Under the pieces are notes generated by a model. The model was not told where the DNA came from. It worked only from the letters and a program-made list of their open reading frames with translations, and searched no databases. Source: Acidimicrobiaceae bacterium (GTDB lineage: Bacteria; Actinomycetota; Acidimicrobiia; Acidimicrobiales; Aldehydirespiratoraceae). From it: DNA of 64,000 nucleotides. A program made the position numbers and the translations under genes. Of this stretch, positions 42,585 through 51,992 are shown one piece after another. Within the stretch, counting starts at the first letter, position 1, and every line of letters begins with the position of its first letter. The stretch is from NCBI GenBank assembly GCA_026708645.1, contig JAPOUM010000001.1, forward strand, positions 52,258 to 116,257, in the 5' to 3' direction.

Positions 42585-43699
42585 GCGCCGCAGCTGTGAA
42601 CGGGCATGACGCGGGGGATGGCGCCGCGGCAGAGATCTCGTGGTTCGCAGCGCTCTGCGACGACGACTACCGCTACCTGGGCGTCGCCGAGCCGGAGCTG
42701 GCCAGCAGCTACCAGCACTGCCGTGACATCACCCTCACAGCGGAGCGCAACGGTTTCGACAACATCCTGCTGCCCTCGGGCTACACCCTCGGCATAGACG
42801 CCACCGCCTTCGCAGCCGCAGTGGCGCCGGCGACCGAACGGATCCGGCTGCTGCTGGCGGTGCGCATGGGCGAGTTGTGGCTGCCCCAGCTGGCCCGCCA
42901 GCTCGCCACTGTCGATCGCATGCTCGACGGGCGCCTGACCGTCAACATCATCTCCAGCGACCTGCCCGGAGAGACGCTGGAGTCGGCGCCGCGCTACCGC
43001 CGCACGCTCGAATGGATGAAGGTGCTGCGCATGCTGCTCGACGGCGAGTCCGTCGACTTCCACGGCGAGTTCGTGGATCTGGCCCTCGACCCGCCGCGGG
43101 CGCGCACCGTGTCGGGGGAATGCCCGCTGTTTTATTTCGGCGGGTTCTCTGAAGCAGCCAAAGAGACCGCGGCCGAGGCCTGCGACGTCTTCTTGACCTG
43201 GCCTGACACCGTCGCAGGCGTGGCCGAGACCGTCAGCGACATGAGACGGCGCGCCGCGCGGCGCGGTCGCCGACTGCGGTTCGGCCTCCGCAGCCACGTC
43301 ATCGTGCGCGAGACCGGAGCTGCAGCCAAAGCCGCCGCGGCGCGACTGGTGAGCAGGCTCGACGACCAGGCGGGCGCCGCCATCAGGGGACGCTCGCTCG
43401 ACGCCGCTTCGGCCGGGGTGCGCCGCCAAGCGGAGCTGCGCGACCTGAGCGACGACGACGGCTACGTCGAAGCCAACCTGTGGACCGGCATCGGTCGTGC
43501 TCGCTCCGGCGCCGGCGCCGCCATCGTCGGCGACCCTGACGAGGTCGCAGCCAAACTCGGCGCTTACCGCAGCGTCGGCATCGACGCGTTCATCCTGTCG
43601 GGATACCCCCACATCGAAGAGTGCTCGAGGGTCGGCAGCAGCGTGCTTCCCCTGATCCCTCACGGTCGGCTTCCCCGAGAGCTTTCCCCTCAGACGTAG
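42581..43699 (+). CDS. LLM-class (luciferase-like) flavin-dependent oxidoreductase
   Basis: Motifs AERNGFDNILLPSGY, RIRLLLAVRMG and IDAFILSGYPHIEE, as in SsuD-like monooxygenases. GTGA overlap with the upstream stop. Confidence 0.75.
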   Translation: MSAAAVNGHDAGDGAAAEISWFAALCDDDYRYLGVAEPELASSYQHCRDITLTAERNGFDNILLPSGYTLGIDATAFAAAVAPATERIRLLLAVRMGELWLPQLARQLATVDRMLDGRLTVNIISSDLPGETLESAPRYRRTLEWMKVLRMLLDGESVDFHGEFVDLALDPPRARTVSGECPLFYFGGFSEAAKETAAEACDVFLTWPDTVAGVAETVSDMRRRAARRGRRLRFGLRSHVIVRETGAAAKAAAARLVSRLDDQAGAAIRGRSLDAASAGVRRQAELRDLSDDDGYVEANLWTGIGRARSGAGAAIVGDPDEVAAKLGAYRSVGIDAFILSGYPHIEECSRVGSSVLPLIPHGRLPRELSPQT

Positions 43700-43802
43700 T
43701 GGGCGGGCGGCTTGTGAGCGGGACTTCGGCGGGTTGCGTGAGCCGCTTCCAGCGTCGAGCCTGACTCGGACGCTGCGTCGGCGGCTACTAGAGTTGCGCT
43801 GC

Positions 43803-43816
43803 TGTAAACGTTTACG
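43803..43816. promoter_or_regulatory. LacI-type operator TGTAAACGTTTACG upstream of the GH13 gene
   Basis: Same core as 35983..35996. Preceded by the -10-like TAGAGT (43789-94) and followed by SD gaaagg and the start codon. Confidence 0.7.
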
Positions 43817-43829
43817 GAAAGGTTCGCCG

Positions 43830-45482
43830 TTGAGCGTGGAACAATCCCAACGAGGCGCCGCCGCCGACGCCTCATTCTCGAACTCAGAGCACTCAGAGCG
43901 CCCAGAGCACTCAGAGCAGGTCGAGCCGTGGTGGCGCGGCGCGGTCGGTTATGAGGTCTACGTCCGCTCTTTCGCCGACTCCGACGGCGACGGCGTCGGC
44001 GACCTGCTCGGAATCGCCGGCAAGCTGGACTATCTCGAGTGGCTCGGCGTGGACGTCGTGTGGATCACGCCCTTCTACCCGTCGCCGGGACACGACCACG
44101 GCTACGACGTGTCCGACTACTGCGGCGTCTCGCCCCGCCACGGCACACTGGCCGATTTCGACACGATGGTGGCCGAGGCTCACGACAGAGGCCTGCGCGT
44201 CATGGTGGACATCGTGCCGAACCACACCTCGATCGAGCATCCCTGGTTCGTTTCAGCCCGATGCGATCCGAGCGGGCCGGACCGCGACCGCTACATCTGG
44301 GCGGATCCCGCGCCCGGCGGCGGGCTTCCCAACAACTGGCTGAGCCACTTCGGGGGTCCGGCCTGGACCCTGGACGAGGCTTCCGGGCAGTACTGGTGCC
44401 ACCTGTTCCTGCCGGAGCAGCCCGACTTGAACTGGCGCAACCCCGCAGTGCGCGACGACTTCGACTCGATCCTGCGCTGGTGGATGGAACGCGGCGTCGA
44501 CGGATTCCGTTTCGATGTGGCCCACGGCATGGTGAAGGACGAACAGCTGCGCGACAATCCCCAGATAGCGCCGCTCAAAGACGACATGCATCCTTTCGAG
44601 GCGTTCGCCGCCTTCGAGCACCGCCACGACTTGGACCAGCTGTCCAACACGGAGATATTCGAGCGCTGGAAGCGCGTCTGCGGCCCTGATCAGGTCCTGC
44701 TGCTCGGCGAGGCCAACGCTCCGTGGCCCGACGGCATGGCCCGCTACGTCGCGCCCGGCGCGCTCGATCAAGCCTTCTTTCTGCGCACGGCCATCATGGG
44801 CTGGTCGCCGGAGTTGCTCGTGCAGATGGTGCGGTCGATGCACGACGCCGCGCCCGAGGGCGTGTCGTGGGTGCTCAGCAACCATGACCGTCCCCGCCCG
44901 GTCACCCGCTTCGGCGGCGGCGAGGCCGGTTTGCGACGCTCGCTGGCGATGTCGGTGCTGCTCATGGCTCTGGGCGGGACCCCGTTCATCTATCAGGGCG
45001 AGGAGCTCGGCCTGCCCGACGGCGTCCTGCGAGGCGGCAGCCACGACCCGGTGGAGATCCGCGACGGTTGCCGCACCCCGATGCCCTGGGGCTCAGGCGC
45101 CTGCAACGGCTTCTCTGCGGGGACTCCCTGGATCGACTCCGAGCCCCGCCCGGACGAACAGACGGTGGCAGGTCAGCGCCGGGACCCTGACGCGCCTTTG
45201 CATCGCTATCGCAGCCTGCTGGCGGCGCGCAAGCAGCATCCCGACATGTGGAGAGCGCCGCTGCGTTGGCTCGACTCCGCGGATCCGCAGGTGATCGCCC
45301 TGCGACGAGGCGGCGTCGCGGTAGTCGCCAACCTCTCGCCGGCGGGGACCGTCTTCCAGCTGGACTCCGGCGGCTGGCAGATCGTCTACCAGAGCCGGGA
45401 CGCGTGCAGCATCATCCCAGCAGGCGACGGCGACGTCCTGTCGATACCGGCAGAGACGGCCGCGGTGTTGAAGACGCTCTAG
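43830..45482 (+). CDS. GH13 alpha-glucosidase / oligo-1,6-glucosidase family enzyme
   Basis: Motifs YEVYVRSFADSDGDGVGDL, GHDHGYDVSDY, DIVPNHTS, GVDGFRFDVA, LLGEA, SNHD. Start is TTG 43830 or GTG 43836. Confidence 0.9.
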   Translation: MSVEQSQRGAAADASFSNSEHSERPEHSEQVEPWWRGAVGYEVYVRSFADSDGDGVGDLLGIAGKLDYLEWLGVDVVWITPFYPSPGHDHGYDVSDYCGVSPRHGTLADFDTMVAEAHDRGLRVMVDIVPNHTSIEHPWFVSARCDPSGPDRDRYIWADPAPGGGLPNNWLSHFGGPAWTLDEASGQYWCHLFLPEQPDLNWRNPAVRDDFDSILRWWMERGVDGFRFDVAHGMVKDEQLRDNPQIAPLKDDMHPFEAFAAFEHRHDLDQLSNTEIFERWKRVCGPDQVLLLGEANAPWPDGMARYVAPGALDQAFFLRTAIMGWSPELLVQMVRSMHDAAPEGVSWVLSNHDRPRPVTRFGGGEAGLRRSLAMSVLLMALGGTPFIYQGEELGLPDGVLRGGSHDPVEIRDGCRTPMPWGSGACNGFSAGTPWIDSEPRPDEQTVAGQRRDPDAPLHRYRSLLAARKQHPDMWRAPLRWLDSADPQVIALRRGGVAVVANLSPAGTVFQLDSGGWQIVYQSRDACSIIPAGDGDVLSIPAETAAVLKTL

Positions 45483-45529
45483 CAGGCCGTCTCTCGTCCG
45501 CCGTCGCGGCGGCCTCGCGGCGGGTGCGT

Positions 45530-46714
45530 TCAGGAGCGGATGGCCAGCCCTGTGTCGAGGTCGAAGAAGTGGGCGTTGCCCACAGTCACGGCGACGTCGA
45601 TCATGTCGCCTGAACGAACCGCGGTGGCAGGATTGAAACGTGCGTTCATCCGGGTGGCTGAGCCTGCGACCGCCTCGACCTCTTCGTCGCTGAGCTCCAG
45701 CGCGTCCCTGGAGATGACCGGTTTGGCGTCCAAGTCGAAGTAGGCGATGATCTCGAAGCCGAGAGCCTCCGTGTGCTGCACCGACACGCGGATGCGCTGA
45801 TCTTCGGGGTGATCCGACACCACCGCGGCATCCTCGAGGTCCTTGGGGCGGAGCCCGATGGCGATCTTCTTGCCGAGATAGCCTTCGAGAGCGGGCCGCT
45901 GTCCCAGCACCTCGTCGGGCACCGACAGGGTCTGGCTGCCCAGAGTCATCTTCACCCCCTGGCCGTTGCGGTTGATCTCGCCTTCCATGATGTTCATCGA
46001 AGGCGAGCCGATGAAGGCGGCCACGAAGAGGTTGTCGGGCTCGTTGAACAAGGTCATCGGGCTGTCCACTTGCTGAAGCACGCCTCGGCTGATGACGGCG
46101 ACCCGGTCGGCCATGGTCATGGCCTCCACCTGGTCGTGGGTCACGTAGAACGTGGTGATGCCCACCTCGCGCTGCAGCCCCGTGATCTCGGCGCGCATCT
46201 GCACGCGTAGCTTGGCGTCGAGGTTGGAGAGCGGCTCGTCGAGCAGGAACACGCGCGGCCGGCGCACGATGGCGCGGCCCATGGCCACTCGTTGGCGCTG
46301 GCCGCCTGAGAGCTGCGCGGGGCGCTTGTCGAGCTGGCTCTCGAGCTCGAGGATGCGAGCCACTTCCGAGACCCGCTCCTTGATCTCGCTTCTCGGGCGG
46401 CGCGACAGCTTCAACGAGAAGGCGATGTTGTCGTAGACGCTCATATGCGGATACAGCGCATAGTTCTGGAAGACCATGGCAATGTCACGGTCTTTGGGGG
46501 GCAGTTCGTTGACCACCCGTTCGCCGATGCGCAGCTCGCCAGAGGAGATGTCCTCGAGTCCCGCGATCATGCGCAGAGTGGTGGACTTGCCGCATCCCGA
46601 CGGCCCCACCATCACCAAGAACTCGCCGTCGTTGATCTTGAGGTTGAGGTCGCTCACCGCGTGGAAGCCGTTGTCGTATTCCTTGTTGAGATCTTCTAGG
46701 ACTACATCGGCCAC
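45530..46714 (-). CDS. Sugar ABC transporter ATP-binding protein (MalK/MsiK/UgpC type)
   Basis: Walker A GPSGCGKST, Q-loop, signature LSGGQRQRV, Walker B FLLDEPLSNLD, C-terminal regulatory (TOBE-like) domain. Confidence 0.93.
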   Translation of the reverse strand: MADVVLEDLNKEYDNGFHAVSDLNLKINDGEFLVMVGPSGCGKSTTLRMIAGLEDISSGELRIGERVVNELPPKDRDIAMVFQNYALYPHMSVYDNIAFSLKLSRRPRSEIKERVSEVARILELESQLDKRPAQLSGGQRQRVAMGRAIVRRPRVFLLDEPLSNLDAKLRVQMRAEITGLQREVGITTFYVTHDQVEAMTMADRVAVISRGVLQQVDSPMTLFNEPDNLFVAAFIGSPSMNIMEGEINRNGQGVKMTLGSQTLSVPDEVLGQRPALEGYLGKKIAIGLRPKDLEDAAVVSDHPEDQRIRVSVQHTEALGFEIIAYFDLDAKPVISRDALELSDEEVEAVAGSATRMNARFNPATAVRSGDMIDVAVTVGNAHFFDLDTGLAIRS

Positions 46715-46876
46715 CGGAATCCCTCCCGCAGGTTGTGAATCGACCGCACACTAACACGAAGCGCGGCTTGCGGACCCGCCGGGCGGCGGTCGCTCAGCCG
46801 GCGGCAGACCCGGCGCCGGCGGCGAGCAGGAACTCCGGTGGTGAGTTCGTCGTCTCCATAGAGTAGCTTCGAGTCC

Positions 46877-47257
46877 ATGAATGTTCCAGACGGATTGCGT
46901 TACTCCGAAGACCACGAGTGGGCCGCCGCCGACGGCGGCGTCGTGCGCATCGGCATCACCGACTACGCCCAGGACGCTCTGGGCGATGTGGTCTATGTGG
47001 AGCTGCCCCAGGTGGGCGACCGTGTCGAGCAGGGCGAAGCCTTCGGCGAGGTCGAGTCGACCAAGTCGGTCTCTGAGTTGTTCGCGCCTGTGGGCGGCGT
47101 CGTCACCGAAGTCAACGACGAGCTCGGCGGGTCGCCGCAGAGGTTGAACGAGGATCCCTACGGCGACGGCTGGATCTGCACGGTGGCCTTCGATGAGGCC
47201 GCCGACCTGGACCGCCTGCTCGACGCCGACGGCTACAGGGGCCTGATAGAAGGGTAG
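46877..47257 (+). CDS. gcvH: Glycine cleavage system protein H
   Basis: Motifs HEWA, GITDYAQDALGDVVYVELP and the lipoyl-lysine motif VESTKSVSEL. Confidence 0.93.
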   Translation: MNVPDGLRYSEDHEWAAADGGVVRIGITDYAQDALGDVVYVELPQVGDRVEQGEAFGEVESTKSVSELFAPVGGVVTEVNDELGGSPQRLNEDPYGDGWICTVAFDEAADLDRLLDADGYRGLIEG

Positions 47258-47270
47258 AGGGGCGCCCGCA

Positions 47271-47735
47271 ATGGCCTCCGAGCCGTCGTCTGATCCCGGC
47301 CGCGACGACCGCGCCGTCGGAGAGTCCCGCGGCGCGGCGCCGCAGCCCGTTGACGCCGCGACGAAAGCCCCTGCCGCGAACGGCGACCCCGCAGCGGGCG
47401 AAGTCCGTGTCGACCGGTCGGAGTTCAGTCCCAGGCAGGGTCTCTTCGTGGTGGAGCAGGGCGCCGAGGCCGGCGCCCGCTACCTGCTCGACTCGGATCT
47501 GGTGTCGCTCGGGCGCGACCCGCGCAGTGACATCTTCCTCGACGACATAACGGTGTCGCGCCGCCACGCTGAGGTGGCTCGAGACGGGGATCGCTACTCG
47601 ATTCGCGACGTCGGCTCACTGAACGGCACTTACATCAACCGGACCCTGGTGGATCGATGCCGGCTCAACGAGGGCGACGAGGTGCAGGTCGGCAAATTCA
47701 AGCTGGTGTTCGTGCGCGGCACTTCCGGCGGATGA
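47271..47735 (+). CDS. garA: FHA-domain regulator (GarA/OdhI homologue)
   Basis: C-terminal FHA domain (LGRDPRSDIFLDDITVSRRHAEV...SLNGTYINR...GDEVQVGKFKLVF). Position after gcvH as in mycobacteria (recalled synteny). Confidence 0.8.
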   Translation: MASEPSSDPGRDDRAVGESRGAAPQPVDAATKAPAANGDPAAGEVRVDRSEFSPRQGLFVVEQGAEAGARYLLDSDLVSLGRDPRSDIFLDDITVSRRHAEVARDGDRYSIRDVGSLNGTYINRTLVDRCRLNEGDEVQVGKFKLVFVRGTSGG

Positions 47736-47820
47736 GACGCACGGCACTCCCGCGAGACGAGTGGTCTCCGACTGTCGACGGGCGCTCGGCGGGGCGCTCG
47801 GCTGGGCGCGGGGTGACGCC

Positions 47821-48720
47821 ATGAGCCGCGACCACATGTCCATCGGCGATGTGCTCTCGCTGCTCGCCGAGGAGCATCCCGATCTGACCGTCTCGAAGAT
47901 CCGCTTCCTGGAGGCTCAGGGTTTGATCTCGCCGCAGCGGACGCCGTCGGGCTATCGCAAGTTCTACGACAGCGACGTCAAGCGGCTCAATTGGGTGCTG
48001 ATCCAACAGCGCGACAACTTCCTGCCCTTGAAGGAGATCAAGCGCCGCCTGACCTCGGGCGCCGTGGCCAAGACGTCCCCGCGGCGCCTGGCAGGCGAGC
48101 CCGCGTCCGAGCTCGCCGCTTTGTCGCTGTTCGAACCCCTCGCCGGCAGCGAGTCGAGCCGGGCCGACCTTGCCGCATCCAGCTCAGCATCCGCTGCATC
48201 CGCTGCATCCGCTGCATCCGCTGAATCCGCTGCATCCGGTGAAGAGAACGCAGAGGCTGCATCCGACTCATCGGACGCAGCCGTCGCCGCGTCGGGTCGA
48301 GACGTCCCCCCGACGCCCGCGCCGGACCGCCCGCGAGCTCCGGGACGGCTCACCGTCGAGCAGTTGGCGCAGCAGCTGGATGCGGACCTCGACTACGTCG
48401 TCGAGCTGAAGCGTCACGGCATCATCGCAGCGGTCGGCGAGTCTCGCGACACCGGCAGCGAGACTGTCCTGCAGCCCGAGGCGCTGGCGCTGGCGGAGAC
48501 GGCCGCCGCTTTGGCCGAGCACGGCATCCCGGCACGCAACCTGCGGATGTTCAAAGTCGCCGCCGACCGTGAAGCAGGCGTCTACGAGCAGCTGCTGGCC
48601 CCGCTGATCGCACGAGGCGACAGGGATCTCTTCCTCGCCGAGCTCACCGAGATCATCGACCTGGCCGAGAGGCTGCGACGTTTGCTGCTGCTGCAAGCGA
48701 TACGCAGCTACCTGAGCTGA
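47821..48720 (+). CDS. MerR-family transcriptional regulator (FtsR/Rv1828-like) with Ser/Ala repeat linker
   Basis: HTH MSIGDVLSLLAEEHPDLTVSKIRFLEAQGLISPQRTPSGYRKFY. A second MerR-like C-terminal domain is present. Confidence 0.8.
   Translation: MSRDHMSIGDVLSLLAEEHPDLTVSKIRFLEAQGLISPQRTPSGYRKFYDSDVKRLNWVLIQQRDNFLPLKEIKRRLTSGAVAKTSPRRLAGEPASELAALSLFEPLAGSESSRADLAASSSASAASAASAASAESAASGEENAEAASDSSDAAVAASGRDVPPTPAPDRPRAPGRLTVEQLAQQLDADLDYVVELKRHGIIAAVGESRDTGSETVLQPEALALAETAAALAEHGIPARNLRMFKVAADREAGVYEQLLAPLIARGDRDLFLAELTEIIDLAERLRRLLLLQAIRSYLS
48187..48240 (+). repeat. 9-bp tandem repeat (GCATCCGCT) x6 inside the MerR gene, encoding (ASA)n
   Basis: Four perfect units followed by two units each with one substitution, read directly. 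Confidence 0.9.
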
Positions 48721-48803
48721 CCTTCTGCGGGCCTCGCACTGGCGCCCACATGGGCGACGGCGGCGACTGGGTCCAGCACAGCACGCACGGCTAGGCTTTC
48801 AGC

Positions 48804-49304
48804 GTGCAGGAGATGGAACTGATAGGCGTGCGGGTGGAGTTGCCCTCCAACACGCCGATAGTGCTGCTTCGCGAGATGTCGGAGCAGTCGCGGCTGCTGC
48901 CGATCTTCATCGGCGCCCCCGAAGCGACAGCGATAGCGATAGCGCTGGACGGGGTCGACACCCCGCGGCCCATGACCCACGACCTGCTGCGCGACCTTCT
49001 CGAAGAGCTGTCAGTCGACGTCGAACGGGTGGTGGTGACCGAACTGCGGGACAAGACCTTCTTCGCGGAATTGCACATCATGCGCGACGGCGGCCGGGTG
49101 GTTCTGTCGAGCCGCCCTTCGGACGCCATCGCCTTGGCCGCCCGCACAGGCACGCCGATCTTCGCGGAGGAGTCGGTGATCCAAGAGGCGGGCTACACCA
49201 CCGAGAGCGTCGCAGAGGCGGGGGAGCAGCAGGCCGAAGAAGTGGTCGAGCAGTTCAAAGAGTTCATCGACTCGGTGTCGCCGGAGGACTTCGGCGCCCA
49301 GTGA
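48804..49304 (+). CDS. Bifunctional nuclease family protein (DUF151, Rv1829-like)
   Basis: Motifs VLLRE...RLLPIFIGAPEATAIAIAL, RPMTHDLL, FFAEL. Confidence 0.8.
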   Translation: MQEMELIGVRVELPSNTPIVLLREMSEQSRLLPIFIGAPEATAIAIALDGVDTPRPMTHDLLRDLLEELSVDVERVVVTELRDKTFFAELHIMRDGGRVVLSSRPSDAIALAARTGTPIFAEESVIQEAGYTTESVAEAGEQQAEEVVEQFKEFIDSVSPEDFGAQ

Positions 49305-49519
49305 CGCCGGCGCCGGTGCTTGACTCGCGGGTCTCGCCGACGTAGGATTTCCCACAGATGGCAGCGGCGTAATTCCCTCACTGTCATTGTGCAGGTGCTG
49401 CGTGTGCAGGCGTTGAGCTTGCGAGTGCTGAGTGCCTGCCCTGCGAGCCGAAGCGCGAGCAAGACGAGCTGAAGCGCAAGCAAGACGAACAAGGAAGCAA
49501 GACGAGCAAGGAGCGGATC

Positions 49520-50050
49520 ATGAGCCGAGACCAGCAGAAAGCCCCTCTGGGCTACAGCGCCACGCTCACAGCCGAAGTCGTGGGCATCACCTACCGCCAA
49601 CTCGATCACTGGGCTCGCACGGGCCTGATAGCGCCGTCGCTGGCCGACGCTGCGGGAAGCGGCAGCCGGCGCGTCTACAGCTACACCAACCTGCTCGAAC
49701 TCAAAGTGATCAAGCGCCTGCTCGACGCGGGCATCAAGCTCAACAAGATCCGCACGATCTTCGACTACATGCGCCAAGAGCTGCAAGAAGACATCTCGCG
49801 AGCCAATCTCGTGATCGACGGCGACAGGGTGCTATGCCCGCGCGGCGACACCGAGCTGATCGACGTGCTGGTGCGAGGCAGGGGCGTGCGAGGCCAGCGC
49901 GTGCTGAACGTGCTGCCGCTGTCGACGTTGGAGCAGGAAGTGGACGCGGCGATCGTCGAGCTGAGGCCAGCGGACGACGCCGTTGAATCGGTCGATGACG
50001 GCGACGAATTCCACGAAGCAGATCTCTGGACCGCGAGCGGACTCCGCTGA
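49520..50050 (+). CDS. MerR-family transcriptional regulator (Rv1830-like)
   Basis: HTH TAEVVGITYRQLDHWARTGLIAPS...GSGSRRVYSYTNLLELKVIKRLLDAGI. Confidence 0.82.
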   Translation: MSRDQQKAPLGYSATLTAEVVGITYRQLDHWARTGLIAPSLADAAGSGSRRVYSYTNLLELKVIKRLLDAGIKLNKIRTIFDYMRQELQEDISRANLVIDGDRVLCPRGDTELIDVLVRGRGVRGQRVLNVLPLSTLEQEVDAAIVELRPADDAVESVDDGDEFHEADLWTASGLR

Positions 50051-50265
50051 AGTCTCACGAGTCCGTGCCGCGCCTCGATTCAGTGGCGCTGTTCGCTCAT
50101 CGCTGCTGAGCGGGCTTTCGCGGACCTGCGCGACACGCCGGTGAAGCCGTGGCTCGAGCGGCTCTCGACTTGGCAGCGAAATCCAGTGGGAATGCGAACG
50201 TCGCGGCGCGCGGATCCTCACTTGCCGCCGCTCGCTGTCAGAGCTGAGCGGTAGCTTTGCGCATT

Positions 50266-51393
50266 ATGAGCGATGATCTGAGGCAGTCTCCGCTGCGTCG
50301 AGCCCACGAGCAGGCCGGGGCCAGGCTGGTGCCATTCGGCGGCTGGGAAATGCCGCTGCAGTACCCGGGCGGCACCGTCGCCGAGCACATGGCCTGCCGC
50401 ACAGGCGCCGCCGTCTTCGACGTGTCGCATCTGGGGACGGTGCGGGTGCGAGGCGCCGGCGCGCACCGCGCCCTGCAGCGGGCGTTCACCAACGACCTGG
50501 ACCGTGTCGGGGTCGGATCGGCCCAGTACACGCATCTGCTGGATCCCGTCGACGCCTCCGTTCTCGACGACATCATCGTGTGGTGGCTCGGCGCAGACGT
50601 TTTCGAGGTGATGCCCAACGCGTCCAACACCGACCGGGTGGTCGCCGCGCTGCGCGACGGTGCTGACGAGCCCGACGCCGTGCCTGCACCGCCTGCGGGC
50701 GGTGGCGGCGCAGGCGGCGGTTTGGAGATCGCCGATGTGACAGCTGATCGGGCGGTGATCGCCGTTCAGGGCCCCGAAGCCAGGGATCGGGTGGCGGCCG
50801 CCGGCGGCGAGTCTGCGGCCTCGGTTGGGCGCTTCAAGGTGGCTGAGGCACGTTTCGGCGAGATCCCGGTCACGGTGGCGGGAACCGGCTACACCGGCGA
50901 GGACGGTGTCGAGATGTCGGTCGGCGTCGAGGACGCTGAGACGGTCTGGCGGCGGCTGCTCGAAGCCGAGGTCGTGCCGGCTGGGCTGGGAGCGCGCGAC
51001 ACGCTGCGTCTGGAGGCCGGACTGCCGCTGCACGGCCACGAACTCGGCGCCGGCATAACTCCGCTGCAAGCCGGCTTGGGCTGGGTGGTGCGCTGGGACA
51101 AAGGCGACTTCCGGGGCCGTGCCGCGCTCGCCGCCGAACGCGAGGCAGGCCCGCACCGGCGCCTGCGGGGTCTGCTGGCCGCCAAGGGCCGGCCGCCCCG
51201 CGACGGCTGCACGGTCCGGCGCGGCGGCGAGCCGGTCGGCGTCGTCACCAGCGGCAACTTCTCGCCGGTGCTGGGCCAGGGTATAGCGCTGGCGTTGCTG
51301 TCACCGGAGGTAGCTGTCGGCGACGAAGCAGTGATAGACGTGCGCGGACGCGACCTGCCCGCGAAGGTGGTCAAAACCCCCTTCCACCGCTGA
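50266..51393 (+). CDS. gcvT: Glycine cleavage system aminomethyltransferase T
   Basis: Motifs PLRRAHEQAGARLVPFGGWEMPLQY, AVFDVSHLG, TGYTGEDG, ARDTLRLEAGLPLHGHEL. Confidence 0.93.
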   Translation: MSDDLRQSPLRRAHEQAGARLVPFGGWEMPLQYPGGTVAEHMACRTGAAVFDVSHLGTVRVRGAGAHRALQRAFTNDLDRVGVGSAQYTHLLDPVDASVLDDIIVWWLGADVFEVMPNASNTDRVVAALRDGADEPDAVPAPPAGGGGAGGGLEIADVTADRAVIAVQGPEARDRVAAAGGESAASVGRFKVAEARFGEIPVTVAGTGYTGEDGVEMSVGVEDAETVWRRLLEAEVVPAGLGARDTLRLEAGLPLHGHELGAGITPLQAGLGWVVRWDKGDFRGRAALAAEREAGPHRRLRGLLAAKGRPPRDGCTVRRGGEPVGVVTSGNFSPVLGQGIALALLSPEVAVGDEAVIDVRGRDLPAKVVKTPFHR

Positions 51394-51441
51394 CCCCCGT
51401 CAGCCCCCCGCCACGACCGCGATCTCAGGGGGTTAGGATGA

Positions 51442-51969
51442 TTGGCTATGGTGCCTATGGATAGTGAGAAACTGTCAGCGCGGACGAAACAGCCTGGACA
51501 CGACCAAACGTTCGCTCGTGCCGAGCAAGAGTTCTTGGCAGCCGCAAAGACTTGTCTGGACCCTGCCCGCTATAAGGTAGTCGAGAAGCCTCAGGATTTG
51601 TTGAAGCTGTTCTCGGCAGTGCTGCCATCTGACAGAGACCTTGGCGTGCAGCCGGATGCATCCATCCAATCTTTAGAGACAGGTCGTCGATTTTTTGTTG
51701 AGGTCAAGAAGCAGGGCCCTCAAGGAAATGCTGAGGAACGCGCATACAAGCACCACACAGTGCAGTTTTACGAAACGCTCCGGCAGCGCTTCGGTTACAG
51801 TTATCATCCTTTCGTGACAGTTTTTTGTGATTCGCTCTCATGCCATCCACGATATACTCGGAAGTTCAGCTATCTTCTAGAAGCGAATCAGTATTTTTTG
51901 TGGCAGGATTATGATCGAGACTTGCTTTGCGACTTCTTGCATAAGCGCTGCCAGGATTGGTTGGGTTAG
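51442..51969 (+). CDS. Small Type II restriction endonuclease, PD-(D/E)xK, EcoRI/MunI-like catalytic core
   Basis: GVQPDASI...RRFFVEVKKQGPQGNAEERAYKH parallels the recalled EcoRI segment KPDGGI...LVAEAKHQG...GNAIERSHKN. Convergent with an adenine methyltransferase gene. Likely start ATG 51448. Confidence 0.65.
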   Translation: MAMVPMDSEKLSARTKQPGHDQTFARAEQEFLAAAKTCLDPARYKVVEKPQDLLKLFSAVLPSDRDLGVQPDASIQSLETGRRFFVEVKKQGPQGNAEERAYKHHTVQFYETLRQRFGYSYHPFVTVFCDSLSCHPRYTRKFSYLLEANQYFLWQDYDRDLLCDFLHKRCQDWLG

Positions 51970-51992
51970 CTTGCAGCCGTCACTAGATAGAG

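Noticed and set aside
50051-50265. Possible glycine riboswitch upstream of gcvT (the gcvH leader at 46715..46876 was also checked).
   Set aside because: I could not find the conserved GGAGAG...CACCGAAGGGGCAA-type cores by eye. A covariance-model scan (RF00504) would be needed for a firm negative.
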